Shown here piece by piece: positions 39,354 through 50,355 of a stretch of DNA of 64,000 bases. How positions within the stretch are numbered: position 1 is the first letter of the stretch; each line of letters starts with the position of its first letter. The notes under the pieces are model-generated. The model was given only the letters and a program-made list of their open reading frames with translations. It was not told the DNA's origin and searched no databases. This DNA comes from Promethearchaeota archaeon (GTDB taxonomy: Archaea > Asgardarchaeota > Heimdallarchaeia > Hodarchaeales > Hodarchaeaceae). The DNA lies in the NCBI GenBank assembly GCA_048938105.1, contig JBHLMN010000011.1:64001-128000 (forward strand), read 5' to 3'. A program made the translations under genes and the position numbers.

Positions 39354-40571
39354 ATGACAAAAATCCTCGTGCTGGGAGGAGCTGGAGTAGTTGGTAAAAT
39401 AGCGGTTAAGACACTCATCACATTTCCTGATTTCTCTAAAGTGATTATTGGTGATATTGATATTAAAAAAGCTCATGAAATTACTAAGGATATTAACTCA
39501 GATAAAATTGAGTTTCGAGAAATCAATGTAAACAATTTAGAAAGTCTTAACAATATGATTAAGTCCGTCGATGCCGTGTTAAATTGTATTGGTCCATTCT
39601 ATAAATATGGTTCATTAATTTTGAAGTCAGCAATAGAGATGGGAAGAAACTATGTAGACATTAATGATGATGTTGACGCGACACAAAAAGTACTTTTGAT
39701 GGATAATGAAGCGCAAAGAGCAAATATTACAGCATTAATTGGAATGGGAAGCTCCCCTGGCATCACCAATTTACTGGCTAAATTTGCTGCTGAGCAATTA
39801 CTTGATGAAGTGGATTCAATTGACCTCTATCATGCTCATGGGGGGGAACCGTTTGAAGGTCCAGGGGTAATTTACCATCGTATTCATTCTATGAGTATTG
39901 AAATACCAATATTTATTGAGGGTAAATTTATCACCTTAAATTTCTTTGACGATGTTGGAAAATCCCTAGAAGAAGAGGTAAATTTCCAAAAACTTGGAAA
40001 ATATCGAGTTCATCCATATCCACATCCAGAAACTATCACGCTACCAAAGTATATTAAAGGTGTTAAACGAGTTACAAATAAAGGAACAGTATTACCCCCT
40101 AAATACTTCTATCTAATCACAGACTTGGTAAAACTTGGTTTAACCGATGATAATCCTATAAACGTAAAAGGACATAGGATTTCTCCACTAGAATTTACTA
40201 TTTCTTATATTATCAACCAAAGAGAAAGAATACTGAAGGAAACAAATTTTGGATCCCAACGGGGATGTGTGAAGATTGTTGTAAAGGGGAAAAAATATGG
40301 GAAAAATCACCAGTATATATTTTCTTTAGCGTCTGAAAACCAAGCAATGGGCGAAGGTACGGGAATTCCTGCTGCGATTGGTGTTATTCTTATGAATAGA
40401 GGATTGATAACAATTAAGGGGGTTGTACCACCAGAAGCATGTATTAATCCTTTAGATTTTCTCGCGATTATGCAAGAGCATCTCAAGCTTGAAACAGTAA
40501 CAGGAGAGGGATCCCCCTTAACAATAGAATCAATTGATGAAGAAGGAAAAGTTGAAACATTAACACTTTAA
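39354..40571 (+). CDS. Saccharopine dehydrogenase-like NAD(P)-dependent oxidoreductase
   Basis: LGGAGVVG, NCIGPFY, YVDINDD, GSSPGITN and HPETITLP motifs. Confidence 0.88.
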   Translation: MTKILVLGGAGVVGKIAVKTLITFPDFSKVIIGDIDIKKAHEITKDINSDKIEFREINVNNLESLNNMIKSVDAVLNCIGPFYKYGSLILKSAIEMGRNYVDINDDVDATQKVLLMDNEAQRANITALIGMGSSPGITNLLAKFAAEQLLDEVDSIDLYHAHGGEPFEGPGVIYHRIHSMSIEIPIFIEGKFITLNFFDDVGKSLEEEVNFQKLGKYRVHPYPHPETITLPKYIKGVKRVTNKGTVLPPKYFYLITDLVKLGLTDDNPINVKGHRISPLEFTISYIINQRERILKETNFGSQRGCVKIVVKGKKYGKNHQYIFSLASENQAMGEGTGIPAAIGVILMNRGLITIKGVVPPEACINPLDFLAIMQEHLKLETVTGEGSPLTIESIDEEGKVETLTL

Positions 40572-40586
40572 TCAAATAAAATGTGA

Positions 40587-42170
40587 TTGGTGATGTCAAT
40601 ACAAACACAAGAAAAAAAATATGTATTAGCCATTGACCATGGGACATCAGGAGTCAAGACCGCGCTTTGTTCTGTGTATGGAGAAGTTTTAGATTTTATC
40701 TTTGAAAAAACACCTCTATATTTAATAGGAGAAGGGGGAGCAGAGCAAAATCCTAATGAATGGTGGGAAGCTATCTTAAAGACTTCAAGACGTCTAATCG
40801 ATAAGTCTCTTGTTCCTATTGATGATATTGTGGCTATTTCCTGTTCAAGTCAATGGTCTGGTACAGTCGCTGTAGACGCTGATGGAAACCATTTGATGAA
40901 TGCAATTATCTGGATGGATTCGCGAGGAGCACCATATCTCAGGAAAACGCTAGATGGTTTCCCAAAAATTTCAGGTTATCCATTGAAAGATATTATTCGA
41001 TTTATCCGTAAGACAGGAGGAGCTCCAGGTTTGTCAGGAAAAGATCCAATTTCACACATACTATATTTGAAATATGAACATCCTGACATCTATGAAAAAA
41101 CCTTCAAATTCCTTGACTGTATTGATTTCTTGAATTTAAAATTCACAGGAAAGTTCGCTGCCTCTACTGATTCAATTACTCTTCATTGGGTGACCAATAC
41201 TCGTGATATCAATAATATACGTTATGATAAAACTCTAATAAAGCGTCTTAAAATTGAGAAAGAAAAACTTCCTGACTTAAAAGGGCCTACCGATATTTTA
41301 GGAAATGTTACACCAAAAGTTGCAGATGAAATAGGTATTAATCGAGATGTAAAAGTATCAATGGGAGCTCCCGATCTATTATCTGCAATAATAGGCTCTG
41401 GGGCCGTTAAAGACTACCAAGGGCATGTTTATCTTGGAACCAGCTCCTGGATAATTTGTCACGTCCCCTTCAAAAAAACAGATATTTCTCACAATATGGC
41501 TTCTATTCCTGCTGCTATTCCAAAGAAGTATTTTGTTGTGAATGAGCAGGAAAGTGCTGGTGCCTGTTTAAATTTCTTACGTGATAACATTTTCTTTATT
41601 GATGAAGAGAAATACTTTGAAAATGCTGAAGTTTACAGAATCTTTGATGAAATTGTCGAGAATGTTCCAGTGGGAAGTGGTAAAGTTATTTTCACTCCTT
41701 GGTTATATGGTGAACGAACGCCTATTGAAGATCATACTGTTCGTGGTGGCTTCTTTAACCTCTCTTTAAACACCAAGAAAGAACATATGATAAGAGCAGT
41801 GTTTGAAGGAGTGGCTTTTAATAGTCGTTGGGTATTGAAATATGTTGAAGCTTTTATAAAACGAAAAATGGATCCACTGAATATAATTGGAGGGGGTGCT
41901 CAATCTAATGTGTGGTGCCAGATCTATGCTGATGTATTGAATAGAAGGATTCGACAAGTAAAAGATCCTATTCAGGCAAATGCTAGAGGAGCAGCTTTTA
42001 TTGCTTCTGTTGCCTTAGGATACATCACTTTCGATGACATTCCAAATCTCATTCAGTATTCAAGAACATTTCATCCAGATCCACAGAATGTTAAAACTTA
42101 TAATTGGCTCTTTAACGAATTCTTAACTATTTATAAGAATAACAGAAAAATGTACAAACGACTGAATTGA
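40587..42170 (+). CDS. FGGY-family carbohydrate kinase (xylulokinase-like)
   Basis: AIDHGTSGVK, EQNPNEWW, WMDSR, GTSSW, PWLYGER and IGGGAQS motifs. Confidence 0.9.
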   Translation: MVMSIQTQEKKYVLAIDHGTSGVKTALCSVYGEVLDFIFEKTPLYLIGEGGAEQNPNEWWEAILKTSRRLIDKSLVPIDDIVAISCSSQWSGTVAVDADGNHLMNAIIWMDSRGAPYLRKTLDGFPKISGYPLKDIIRFIRKTGGAPGLSGKDPISHILYLKYEHPDIYEKTFKFLDCIDFLNLKFTGKFAASTDSITLHWVTNTRDINNIRYDKTLIKRLKIEKEKLPDLKGPTDILGNVTPKVADEIGINRDVKVSMGAPDLLSAIIGSGAVKDYQGHVYLGTSSWIICHVPFKKTDISHNMASIPAAIPKKYFVVNEQESAGACLNFLRDNIFFIDEEKYFENAEVYRIFDEIVENVPVGSGKVIFTPWLYGERTPIEDHTVRGGFFNLSLNTKKEHMIRAVFEGVAFNSRWVLKYVEAFIKRKMDPLNIIGGGAQSNVWCQIYADVLNRRIRQVKDPIQANARGAAFIASVALGYITFDDIPNLIQYSRTFHPDPQNVKTYNWLFNEFLTIYKNNRKMYKRLN

Positions 42171-42181
42171 TCATATCTTAC

Positions 42182-42889
42182 CTAATTAGGATTGACAATG
42201 GCTAGTAGGGATTGAATCGCTTCATTTACCATTAATACAGCAAAAGCAAATAAAATGATAGCTGTCCCTCTTTGTACCCATACGAAGAGTTTTGGATTTG
42301 GTAAACGCCCAATGACGGCAAGTAAAGTCGTAAAAAACAGTTGCCAAAGTAATACCCCTGATAGAAACATGAGAACAATTCCTAAACGAAAAGCGGGGTC
42401 AGGAACGTTAAAATCGCTAAATAAAATCAATGTCCCCATTGACACCCACCAAAAGTAAGACCACGGAGAAGTGACGACAATTGAGAACCCAGTTAAATAT
42501 TGTCTAGCTAATCGAGAATAACTTGGATATAATGATTCATTTTGAGTATTTGGACGATTTTCAAGAGGAATTGGTTTAGAAAAAAGAGCTGAAGCTCCCA
42601 AAAATCCTAAAATTAGTATATTAACCGAAAAAAGCAAGAATGTAATAACTGGATTTGAAAAGATATCAGTTAATATTTCTCCACCTAAGGTTAATGCTGA
42701 AAAAGCAACAACGAAATCCCCAGTCATAGCACCAACTCCTGTTAATATAGCTAAAGCCCAAGCAAATTTTTCACTAACAGTTTTATTTAGTGCCTGTTTG
42801 ATTACCTCGGCATTTATTGGGCCAAGAGGAGCGGCTAATGTGAATCCCAAAAACCCAACGAAAACCCATAGTTCTAAAACACCAGCCAA
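42182..42889 (-). CDS. LysE-family exporter
   Basis: GFTLAAPLGPINAEV and GFSIVVTSPWSYFWW motifs. Confidence 0.85.
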   Translation of the reverse strand: MAGVLELWVFVGFLGFTLAAPLGPINAEVIKQALNKTVSEKFAWALAILTGVGAMTGDFVVAFSALTLGGEILTDIFSNPVITFLLFSVNILILGFLGASALFSKPIPLENRPNTQNESLYPSYSRLARQYLTGFSIVVTSPWSYFWWVSMGTLILFSDFNVPDPAFRLGIVLMFLSGVLLWQLFFTTLLAVIGRLPNPKLFVWVQRGTAIILFAFAVLMVNEAIQSLLAIVNPN

Positions 42890-42919
42890 TTCAAAATTTA
42901 CTCCAAATTTAATTTTAGA

Positions 42920-42949
42920 AAGATGAAAAAGCCTTTATTCTTTCATCTT
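42920..42949. promoter_or_regulatory. Inverted repeat upstream of the LysE gene (possible operator)
   Basis: AAGATGAAA-N12-TTTCATCTT, with perfect 9-bp arms. Confidence 0.4.
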
Positions 42950-43087
42950 CTTCGATTAATGCCTTAGTTTCTTTTGGATTAACGTATTTTTTGATTGATG
43001 TTTACCAGAGAAAATTTGAATTCAATATAAATTATGCTTTCTTGTTATTTGTACTATATCAAGTAGCGAATAGTGGATGGTAAATAA

Positions 43088-44464
43088 ATGGTCGATGGCC
43101 CGAAAATTGTCATTATTGGTGCAGGAAGCGCAAGTTTCGGTTTAGAAAACCTTGGAGGAATTATGCGGCATGAGGACTTACAAGGATCTACTTTGGTTCT
43201 TGTAGACACAAATAGTAATAATTTAAATTTGATAACAACCTTAGCTCGCCGTATGAATCGAGAATGGAACTCTAAGATGACGATTGAATCAACAACTGAT
43301 CGTACTGAAGCTTTAGCGGATGCAGATTTTGTAATCCTTTCTGTCGCTGTAGATCGGGAGGAAACTTGGAAGAAAGATCATGAGATCGGTAAAAAATACG
43401 GCATTTGGCATTATGCCGAAAATGGTGGGCCAGGTAGCTTTAGTCACACAGCACGAGGTATTGCTTTCATAATACCCATCCTCCATGACATCCACGATTT
43501 AGCTCCAGATTCGTGGTTAATTAACTTCACAAATCCCGTACCACGCATTCATTATGCTGCCAATTATAATGAAATTAAATGTGTAAGTTATTGCCACCAA
43601 ATTTGGCATGGTTACAGCATATTAGGTCGGATACTAGCTGCTGATCTTAAGATAACAGATTATCTTGACTGGACTTTTGAATGGACCGATGAAAGTTTTG
43701 CTAAAAGTGCACTATTCTTAGTTAATGCCGCAGCAGAATATGATATTCATGCAGCTGGACTTAATCACTTTACATGGATGATGGATGTCAAACGTCAGGA
43801 AACAGGAGAAGATCTCTATCCATTAATCAGAAAAGAAATCTCTAATCTCCCACCAGACTTTGAACCACTTACTCAGCATATGTTTAATATTTTCGGACTT
43901 CTACCAGTGCCTGGTGACTGTCATTTAGCTGAATACCTCCCATATACAGTTACCAAAGAGAACTGGATACGATATGGTATCCAACTGTATGATTTTGAAT
44001 GGAGTCTGAAGCGGAGAAATAAAATGTGGGAAGAAATAACTGGAATGGCAACAGGAAAGCGGTCTCTTGATACCTTTGTTCAGAATCCTTTTGATCGAGG
44101 AGAATATGTCATGGCAGGAATTTTTTCAAATTCAAACTCATATGAGGCTGCTTTGAATATTACCAATAATGGAGCTATAAGCAATCTGCCAGATGATGCA
44201 GTAGTAGAAGTTCCTGTGATACTTAATAGAATGGGAGCTTTAGGAATGCGAATGGGGGCGCTTCCTGAAGGAATAGCAGCTCTTTGTCAGCGTGAGATTT
44301 CCCAAGCAAAATTAATCACTAAAGCCTCGATTGAGGGTGACCGAGAAGTTGCCCTACAAGCCTTTGCGATAGATCCAATGATTAATGACCTTTCACTAGC
44401 AGAAACACTTCTCGATGAATACCTTCAGGTTCACAAGAAGTATTTACCTCAATTCTTTACTTAA
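43088..44464 (+). CDS. GH4 NAD-dependent alpha-glucosidase/alpha-galactosidase
   Basis: IIGAGS, ENGGPG, NFTNP, YCHQ, GLNH and NLPDDAVVEVP motifs. Confidence 0.92.
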   Translation: MVDGPKIVIIGAGSASFGLENLGGIMRHEDLQGSTLVLVDTNSNNLNLITTLARRMNREWNSKMTIESTTDRTEALADADFVILSVAVDREETWKKDHEIGKKYGIWHYAENGGPGSFSHTARGIAFIIPILHDIHDLAPDSWLINFTNPVPRIHYAANYNEIKCVSYCHQIWHGYSILGRILAADLKITDYLDWTFEWTDESFAKSALFLVNAAAEYDIHAAGLNHFTWMMDVKRQETGEDLYPLIRKEISNLPPDFEPLTQHMFNIFGLLPVPGDCHLAEYLPYTVTKENWIRYGIQLYDFEWSLKRRNKMWEEITGMATGKRSLDTFVQNPFDRGEYVMAGIFSNSNSYEAALNITNNGAISNLPDDAVVEVPVILNRMGALGMRMGALPEGIAALCQREISQAKLITKASIEGDREVALQAFAIDPMINDLSLAETLLDEYLQVHKKYLPQFFT

Positions 44465-44508
44465 ACCATGAGTATCAAGTACTATTAAAGACAATTTGAG
44501 GGCAATCA

Positions 44509-45159
44509 ATGAACAAACCAATAAAATTGTTAATTACCGATCTTGATGACACCTTAATCCGCTCAAATATCAATTATTCAAAGATTCGACTTCAAATTGC
44601 TGACCTTTTTCCTGTGCCACTCTCTACTGAAATGATAATGAAAACACCGATTCTTGGATTGTTGAAAAAATTAAAACGAGATTTTCCCGAAAAATTCATT
44701 GAAGGTTATCAAAGAATTGATGAAGCTGAAAAAAGAGCAACTAAAACTGCTACTGTAATACAAGGAGCTGAAAAAATACCTTTAATAATAAAGAAACATA
44801 ATTTATATTCTGCAATTTATACAAATAACTCTAAAAGTACAATAGAACTCTATCTAACCAACCCAAGATTTTATTTCCTCAAGGAGTTTCAAATATTAAC
44901 CAGAGAAGACTTTAATAACCCAAAACCAGATCCTGAAGGCCTTATATCGATAATTGACAGCTTTAATGACAAACTGATTACAAAAGAAAACACTGCTTAC
45001 ATAGGTGATTCATATATTGATGCAATTGCTGCCCATCGAGCCAATATCAAGTTCATTTGGTTTCATTCTCGAGATATAGATCAAAATCTTTTTCCTGATA
45101 CTCCATATCAAACTTTAACTGATTGGGTGGATTTTGAGTCCATTCTTTTAGGACAGTGA
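44509..45159 (+). CDS. HAD-superfamily hydrolase
   Basis: DLDDTL, YTNN, KPDP and IGDSYID motifs. Confidence 0.9.
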   Translation: MNKPIKLLITDLDDTLIRSNINYSKIRLQIADLFPVPLSTEMIMKTPILGLLKKLKRDFPEKFIEGYQRIDEAEKRATKTATVIQGAEKIPLIIKKHNLYSAIYTNNSKSTIELYLTNPRFYFLKEFQILTREDFNNPKPDPEGLISIIDSFNDKLITKENTAYIGDSYIDAIAAHRANIKFIWFHSRDIDQNLFPDTPYQTLTDWVDFESILLGQ

Positions 45160-46532
45160 AAAATATGATAACTCCATCATCGAATTCAGAGAAGTTCAAT
45201 CCATTAAGAAATCTTATTGCCTTGTGTTTAGCCTCTTTTGTCGTGGTAACAGGATTTGGAGTTATATTGCCATTTTTCCCTTTATATGCCAAAGAGATAC
45301 TGTTTAAATATGATTTTCTGGGTCTACCAATTGGGATAGCTTTTCAAATTGGCATTATGACTTCTGCTTTCATGTTTACACGATTCTTATTAGCTCCTTC
45401 ATTTGGGGATTTATCTGATGTTTCTGGTCGGAAACCGATAATTCTAGTTGGAATGATTATTTACACTTTCCTCCTATTTGGATTTGGACTTGCTTTTGAC
45501 TTTTTATCGTTGTTTATACTTAGAGCATTACAAGGGATAGCATCTGCGGCTGTATGGCCAGTTGGGGAAGCGTTAATTGTAGATACATCAACAAAGAGGA
45601 CGACTGGAAAGAATTTAGGTTATTACATTATGTCAATGCAAGCAGGGATGGCAGCAGGGCCATTTATTGGTTTTATCTTTTATGCTGGATTGAATGGAAT
45701 AGTGGGGTTCCCTCCAATTTTATCTTATCGATTAACATTCTTTTGCCAAGGAGTATTGGGCGTCTTAGCAACTGTGATTGTAGCACTATTAGTAAAAGAT
45801 CCCAGTCAATCAAATTCTGAGAACTTAACAGTTATAGGTAGTTTTACAATTGCAATAAAACAAATGGGAAGAAAATTAATTCAAAGTCCAAAATATCTTG
45901 TGACAACATTCTCTACTGCTGAAAAATATAGAAATAACAGCCTTTATACGATCTATCTCGTCGCAATAATTAATGGCTTTGGGAATGCAATGATCTTTCC
46001 AATTATTGCACTATTTCTTGATGATTATTATTTCTTGGATCCTGAATTCATCGCTTTAATCATTGGAATAGTTGGTATCCTAGCACTTTCTGGTAATCCC
46101 TTGGGTGGGACATTAAGTGATAAGCTTACTCGAAAACATGTTGTGTGGATATCAGGTTGTCTAAGAGGAGGACTTTATCTTGTATTAGGGATCCAATGGG
46201 GATTGTTAGCAGTTGTTATTGCCTTTGCAATCCAACGTTTTCTATGGGCAATCTATCAACCAGCATTTAGAGCAATGCAGAGTGACTTAATTCCAGAAGC
46301 AGTTAGAGGAAAAGAATTCGGAATCGTGCAAGCACTCTTTAATTTTGGATCTGTACTAGGACCAATTATTGGAGGCATACTTTACGATTATTTTTTGGAT
46401 GTTACATTCACTTTAAACGGTTTTGTGTACCTAGGGGCTGGGGTTACATTTATACTTGCAGGAATTCTAGGAATAATAGGAAGTATAACCCTTCTACTAT
46501 TCGTAAACTCCTTAGATTATCAAGAAACATGA
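45156..46532 (+). CDS. MFS transporter
   Basis: GDLSDVSGRK and GTLSDKLTRK motif A; about 12 TM segments. Confidence 0.92.
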   Translation: MKNMITPSSNSEKFNPLRNLIALCLASFVVVTGFGVILPFFPLYAKEILFKYDFLGLPIGIAFQIGIMTSAFMFTRFLLAPSFGDLSDVSGRKPIILVGMIIYTFLLFGFGLAFDFLSLFILRALQGIASAAVWPVGEALIVDTSTKRTTGKNLGYYIMSMQAGMAAGPFIGFIFYAGLNGIVGFPPILSYRLTFFCQGVLGVLATVIVALLVKDPSQSNSENLTVIGSFTIAIKQMGRKLIQSPKYLVTTFSTAEKYRNNSLYTIYLVAIINGFGNAMIFPIIALFLDDYYFLDPEFIALIIGIVGILALSGNPLGGTLSDKLTRKHVVWISGCLRGGLYLVLGIQWGLLAVVIAFAIQRFLWAIYQPAFRAMQSDLIPEAVRGKEFGIVQALFNFGSVLGPIIGGILYDYFLDVTFTLNGFVYLGAGVTFILAGILGIIGSITLLLFVNSLDYQET

Positions 46533-46594
46533 TTAAGCCTCCAAAAATTCCCTCCAAATAATGATTTAAGCAATTAATTAACCAAAAAAATGTT

Positions 46595-49483
46595 GTGAAA
46601 GCCTTGTCTAATTCATTTAGAAAAATCTTCGATCTTTCTAATAACTCTTATCACTTCATCAAAAACAACTATAAAGCCCTTTTAGTAACATTAATGGGAT
46701 TAGTTATTTCTATAACAATCATTTCAACAAGCTCCATGCTCGTTGAATCATATCGATTTGAATTCGTCCAAGAACTACTCTTTTCGGATTGGAACGAAGT
46801 TGAGGGGGATATTCAAATCGAACTTTACCCAAATCCTTCTTCTGGGGAGATTAGTTGGATCAAGGACTATGCATACTATGAGCAATTAATTGCCAATTCT
46901 TTTGGCGATCTGGGTTATCAAAATTATTTTGAAAAACAGTTCTGGTTTACTGAGATTGATTTAGGTATATTACCTAGTGAGGAAAATTCTGAAATTAATT
47001 ATTATCTAACTCATTTAAAAGCAATGAAAGAGCAAATATACACCAAAATCGAGCCCTATTTAAATCCTGGAGGGCGATTACCAGTAAATCCATCTGAAGT
47101 AATCTTAATTTCCAATGAAAGTGTTTTTAATTATGAATTGGGTCATCAAATAACACTAGTTTCCCGTATCGGGGGTTTCGGGGCTGATCCTACTAATGTA
47201 ACGATTGTAGGAATGATTGAATACCCCAAGATCGAATCATTTGTTCAAGAGTATCTTTCCAAGGATGAAGATCCTTTTTCGTTTACTTATACAAAAGAGC
47301 GGGGAGAATCTGTCTCAAATTGTTTCATTCTAGCCTATCCTCAACACTTGATAAGTATAATGGAACAATTAAAAGGAAATAGAGATTTTCTAAGCATAAC
47401 AAAGATCTTTGGTAAAATATATCTTGATCATTGGAATATTGACATTTTTAACTGTAATTATGAAATTAACCGATTAAATGCTATACTGCATGAACTTATC
47501 GATAATACTTTCGCAGAGGAATTAAATTATGCTGATATCTTGGAGAATTCTAACATCTATATGCTTATTTCCACTCTTGAACCACTTATAGAAAGGATGC
47601 AGTTATTACAAATCCTCCTACTGTTAATTGATCTTCCTGTTATCGCCATTGCGCTATATTTGGTAAGCTATTCATTTAGTTTGATCAAACGTCAGAAGAG
47701 AGAAACCATTGGCATTATTAAAACCAGGGGTGGATCTTGGCAACAAATCCTCTTGTTTCTCTTAGGAGAAGCAATTGTTACAATTGGATTAGCCAGTGTT
47801 GGAGGAATGGTCATTGGATATATTCTTACTTCTTTCCTCTTAAGATCAGCAGACTTTCTTGATTTTACTGGAGCTGAAATAGTAGTAATAGTTTCACCAA
47901 CACTGATTCTAATTCTAATCATCTTTGCTTTATTTATCACATTCTCCTCAAATTTTTCTACAATCATATATTATACTCGTATGACTATACTAGAATCGAT
48001 AAACCCAATAGAAAAACGACCACCCATCTGGAAACGCTATTATTTGGATATAATCTCTACTATCTTAGGTTTACTTGGTTATCTAATTATTTCATCATTA
48101 AGTAGTGTTATAACAGCTGCAGAACTTAGTGATCTGATATTCTTAGTGTTTCTGTTTTTAGGTGTTCCAACACCGTTCTTATTATTCTTTGGATCTATTC
48201 TTTTGATTACTAGGATTTTCCCTATCATAATCAATCAGTTAGCACTAATCTTATGGAAAATAAGAGGTAGACTCTTATCCTTTTCTTTAAGAAATGTTGT
48301 CCGTCATAAACAGTCAGCCACGCATGTGGTCATCCTAATCACTTTAGCCATCTCGTACACAATAATAGCTGCATCACTGGCATTCTCTATTGATGAGACG
48401 AAAAGAGTTCAATACCTTTACGATACTGGAGCTGATATGAGTATCAATATCAATTATCTAAACGAAACTGTTATTGATTTTTTACAAAACAATGTATCAG
48501 GCATCGTTAGCATCTCTCAAACAATCACCGGATATACCCCTAGCGCTCATGGACTTCATCAATATTCAATGTTCTTTGTAGATCCAGAAACTTATGCGGA
48601 AACAGCTTTTTTTAAAGAAGGTTTATTCGGGTTAAGTTCCTCACTACCCACATTAATGAAAAAGCTTGCAGATAATAAATCAATTCTGCTTTTCAAGGGA
48701 AACTTGGATGATCTCCCGAATGTGAAATTGAATGATCAGTTTTGCTTCCATCTTTATAATAAAACGTTGTTCGCGAAGGGGGAAGAGGCTCTGTTAAACT
48801 ATACAGTTATTGGTTCATTTAAATACTGGCCACAACAACAATATGATATTCAAGGGGCTCCTGCTGACAGCATTTTCGCGGTGGGAAGCCTTGGTATGTT
48901 TTTCTCTTTAAATAGATATGAATATCTCGCAGTTTCCGACGCAAGATATTTGATTGATCTTGAACCTAATTGTGACGTTAAAAAGGTTAAAGATATTGTC
49001 TTTGGTTATGTGGTCCAATCAATAGACACAGGCCTTCTTGATTATCAAGAATATCTAGGAAGCATTGATAGACGTTTCGAACTCTCCGTTCTCAATTCAG
49101 CACTTCTCGTTTGCATCGCTGTTTCAATTGCTGGTGTCTTCATGTTTGCTCTCTTCACATATATAGAACGCAGTAAAGAAATCGGTGTGGAACGAGCATT
49201 GGGCATGACTAAAATGCAAACAGGAATCTCATTCATTATTGAAGCGTTATCAATCCTCTTCTTTGGGATAGTAATTGGCTTAGTTACAGGATTAGCCAAC
49301 ACATCATTTTTTCTTATCGTAACCCAACTTGGGAGTATTAGAACTCCTATAGCTGTTGTATATCCTTTAGATTTTATATTCAGATTTCTAGCCCTTATTA
49401 TCGTGATAGCTTTAGTAGGTAATCTCATTTTAACCTACCAAACTACTAGAAAAGACATCAGTCGAGTATTAAAGGTGGAATAA
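46595..49483 (+). CDS. FtsX/MacB-like ABC permease (two permease domains)
   Basis: RETIGIIKTRGGS and ERSKEIGVERALG motifs; large extracellular loops. Confidence 0.88.
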   Translation: MKALSNSFRKIFDLSNNSYHFIKNNYKALLVTLMGLVISITIISTSSMLVESYRFEFVQELLFSDWNEVEGDIQIELYPNPSSGEISWIKDYAYYEQLIANSFGDLGYQNYFEKQFWFTEIDLGILPSEENSEINYYLTHLKAMKEQIYTKIEPYLNPGGRLPVNPSEVILISNESVFNYELGHQITLVSRIGGFGADPTNVTIVGMIEYPKIESFVQEYLSKDEDPFSFTYTKERGESVSNCFILAYPQHLISIMEQLKGNRDFLSITKIFGKIYLDHWNIDIFNCNYEINRLNAILHELIDNTFAEELNYADILENSNIYMLISTLEPLIERMQLLQILLLLIDLPVIAIALYLVSYSFSLIKRQKRETIGIIKTRGGSWQQILLFLLGEAIVTIGLASVGGMVIGYILTSFLLRSADFLDFTGAEIVVIVSPTLILILIIFALFITFSSNFSTIIYYTRMTILESINPIEKRPPIWKRYYLDIISTILGLLGYLIISSLSSVITAAELSDLIFLVFLFLGVPTPFLLFFGSILLITRIFPIIINQLALILWKIRGRLLSFSLRNVVRHKQSATHVVILITLAISYTIIAASLAFSIDETKRVQYLYDTGADMSININYLNETVIDFLQNNVSGIVSISQTITGYTPSAHGLHQYSMFFVDPETYAETAFFKEGLFGLSSSLPTLMKKLADNKSILLFKGNLDDLPNVKLNDQFCFHLYNKTLFAKGEEALLNYTVIGSFKYWPQQQYDIQGAPADSIFAVGSLGMFFSLNRYEYLAVSDARYLIDLEPNCDVKKVKDIVFGYVVQSIDTGLLDYQEYLGSIDRRFELSVLNSALLVCIAVSIAGVFMFALFTYIERSKEIGVERALGMTKMQTGISFIIEALSILFFGIVIGLVTGLANTSFFLIVTQLGSIRTPIAVVYPLDFIFRFLALIIVIALVGNLILTYQTTRKDISRVLKVE

Positions 49484-50355
49484 TGTTTCTGGAATGTCAT
49501 GACGTTTTCAAACTTTACACGAATCCAGTCACAAAAATCCAAGTTCCTGCTTTGCGAGGTGTAGAGCTTTCTTGCGAGGAGGGGGAATTAATCGCGATCA
49601 TTGGACCAAGTGGAGCTGGAAAGAGCACTCTCATCAATTTAATTGGTGGAATTGATAAACCATCCTCAGGTTCAATAACCGTTGATGGTAAAGTTGTTAA
49701 TAAAATGAAAAAAAAGGAGCTGAATCAATATCGACGTCAAGAAGTTGGTTTTCTTCATCAATTTCCAAATAGAAATTTAATGTGGAACATTACTGCTTTT
49801 CAGAATGTTATTTTTCCAATGAAACTTACAAGTCGATGGGGACTTCAGAAACAAAAAAAGAGAGCTCTTGAATTGTTATCGAGAGTCGGACTAGAAAATA
49901 GAGCTCATCATAAACCTCATCAGTTATCTGGAGGAGAAGCCCAACGTGCGGGAATAGCTGTTGCCTTAGCCAATGATCCAAAAATTATTCTTGCAGATGA
50001 ACCTACAGGTGATCTTGATAGCGTGAGTACCTTTAAAATTATTGATTATTTTCAAGAAGTAAACAAAAACCTGGGGAAAACATTTGTTGTAGTGACGCAC
50101 GATCATCGATTCTCCAACATGACTAAAAGAGCTGTGAATATTCTTGACGGCCAAATTGTTGGTATGCATCGAAGAGCTGATTTCGAAAAAACAGCTTCAG
50201 AACGCGAAGAAGTTTTCTATTTAGACGAACGTGGAAATCTTCACATTCCTGAGCATCTGCGGAAAAAAGCAGGGGTGAAAAAACATGTGAAGCTCGAACT
50301 AATTGATGGTCGTATAACCATCATTCCAGTCAAAGGTGATCATCATAATGAGTGA
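49483..50355 (+). CDS. ABC ATPase (LolD/MacB type) with C-terminal AbrB/MraZ-like domain
   Basis: [16 protein letters not shown] and LADEPTG motifs; tail [18 protein letters not shown]. Confidence 0.9.
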   Translation: MFLECHDVFKLYTNPVTKIQVPALRGVELSCEEGELIAIIGPSGAGKSTLINLIGGIDKPSSGSITVDGKVVNKMKKKELNQYRRQEVGFLHQFPNRNLMWNITAFQNVIFPMKLTSRWGLQKQKKRALELLSRVGLENRAHHKPHQLSGGEAQRAGIAVALANDPKIILADEPTGDLDSVSTFKIIDYFQEVNKNLGKTFVVVTHDHRFSNMTKRAVNILDGQIVGMHRRADFEKTASEREEVFYLDERGNLHIPEHLRKKAGVKKHVKLELIDGRITIIPVKGDHHNE

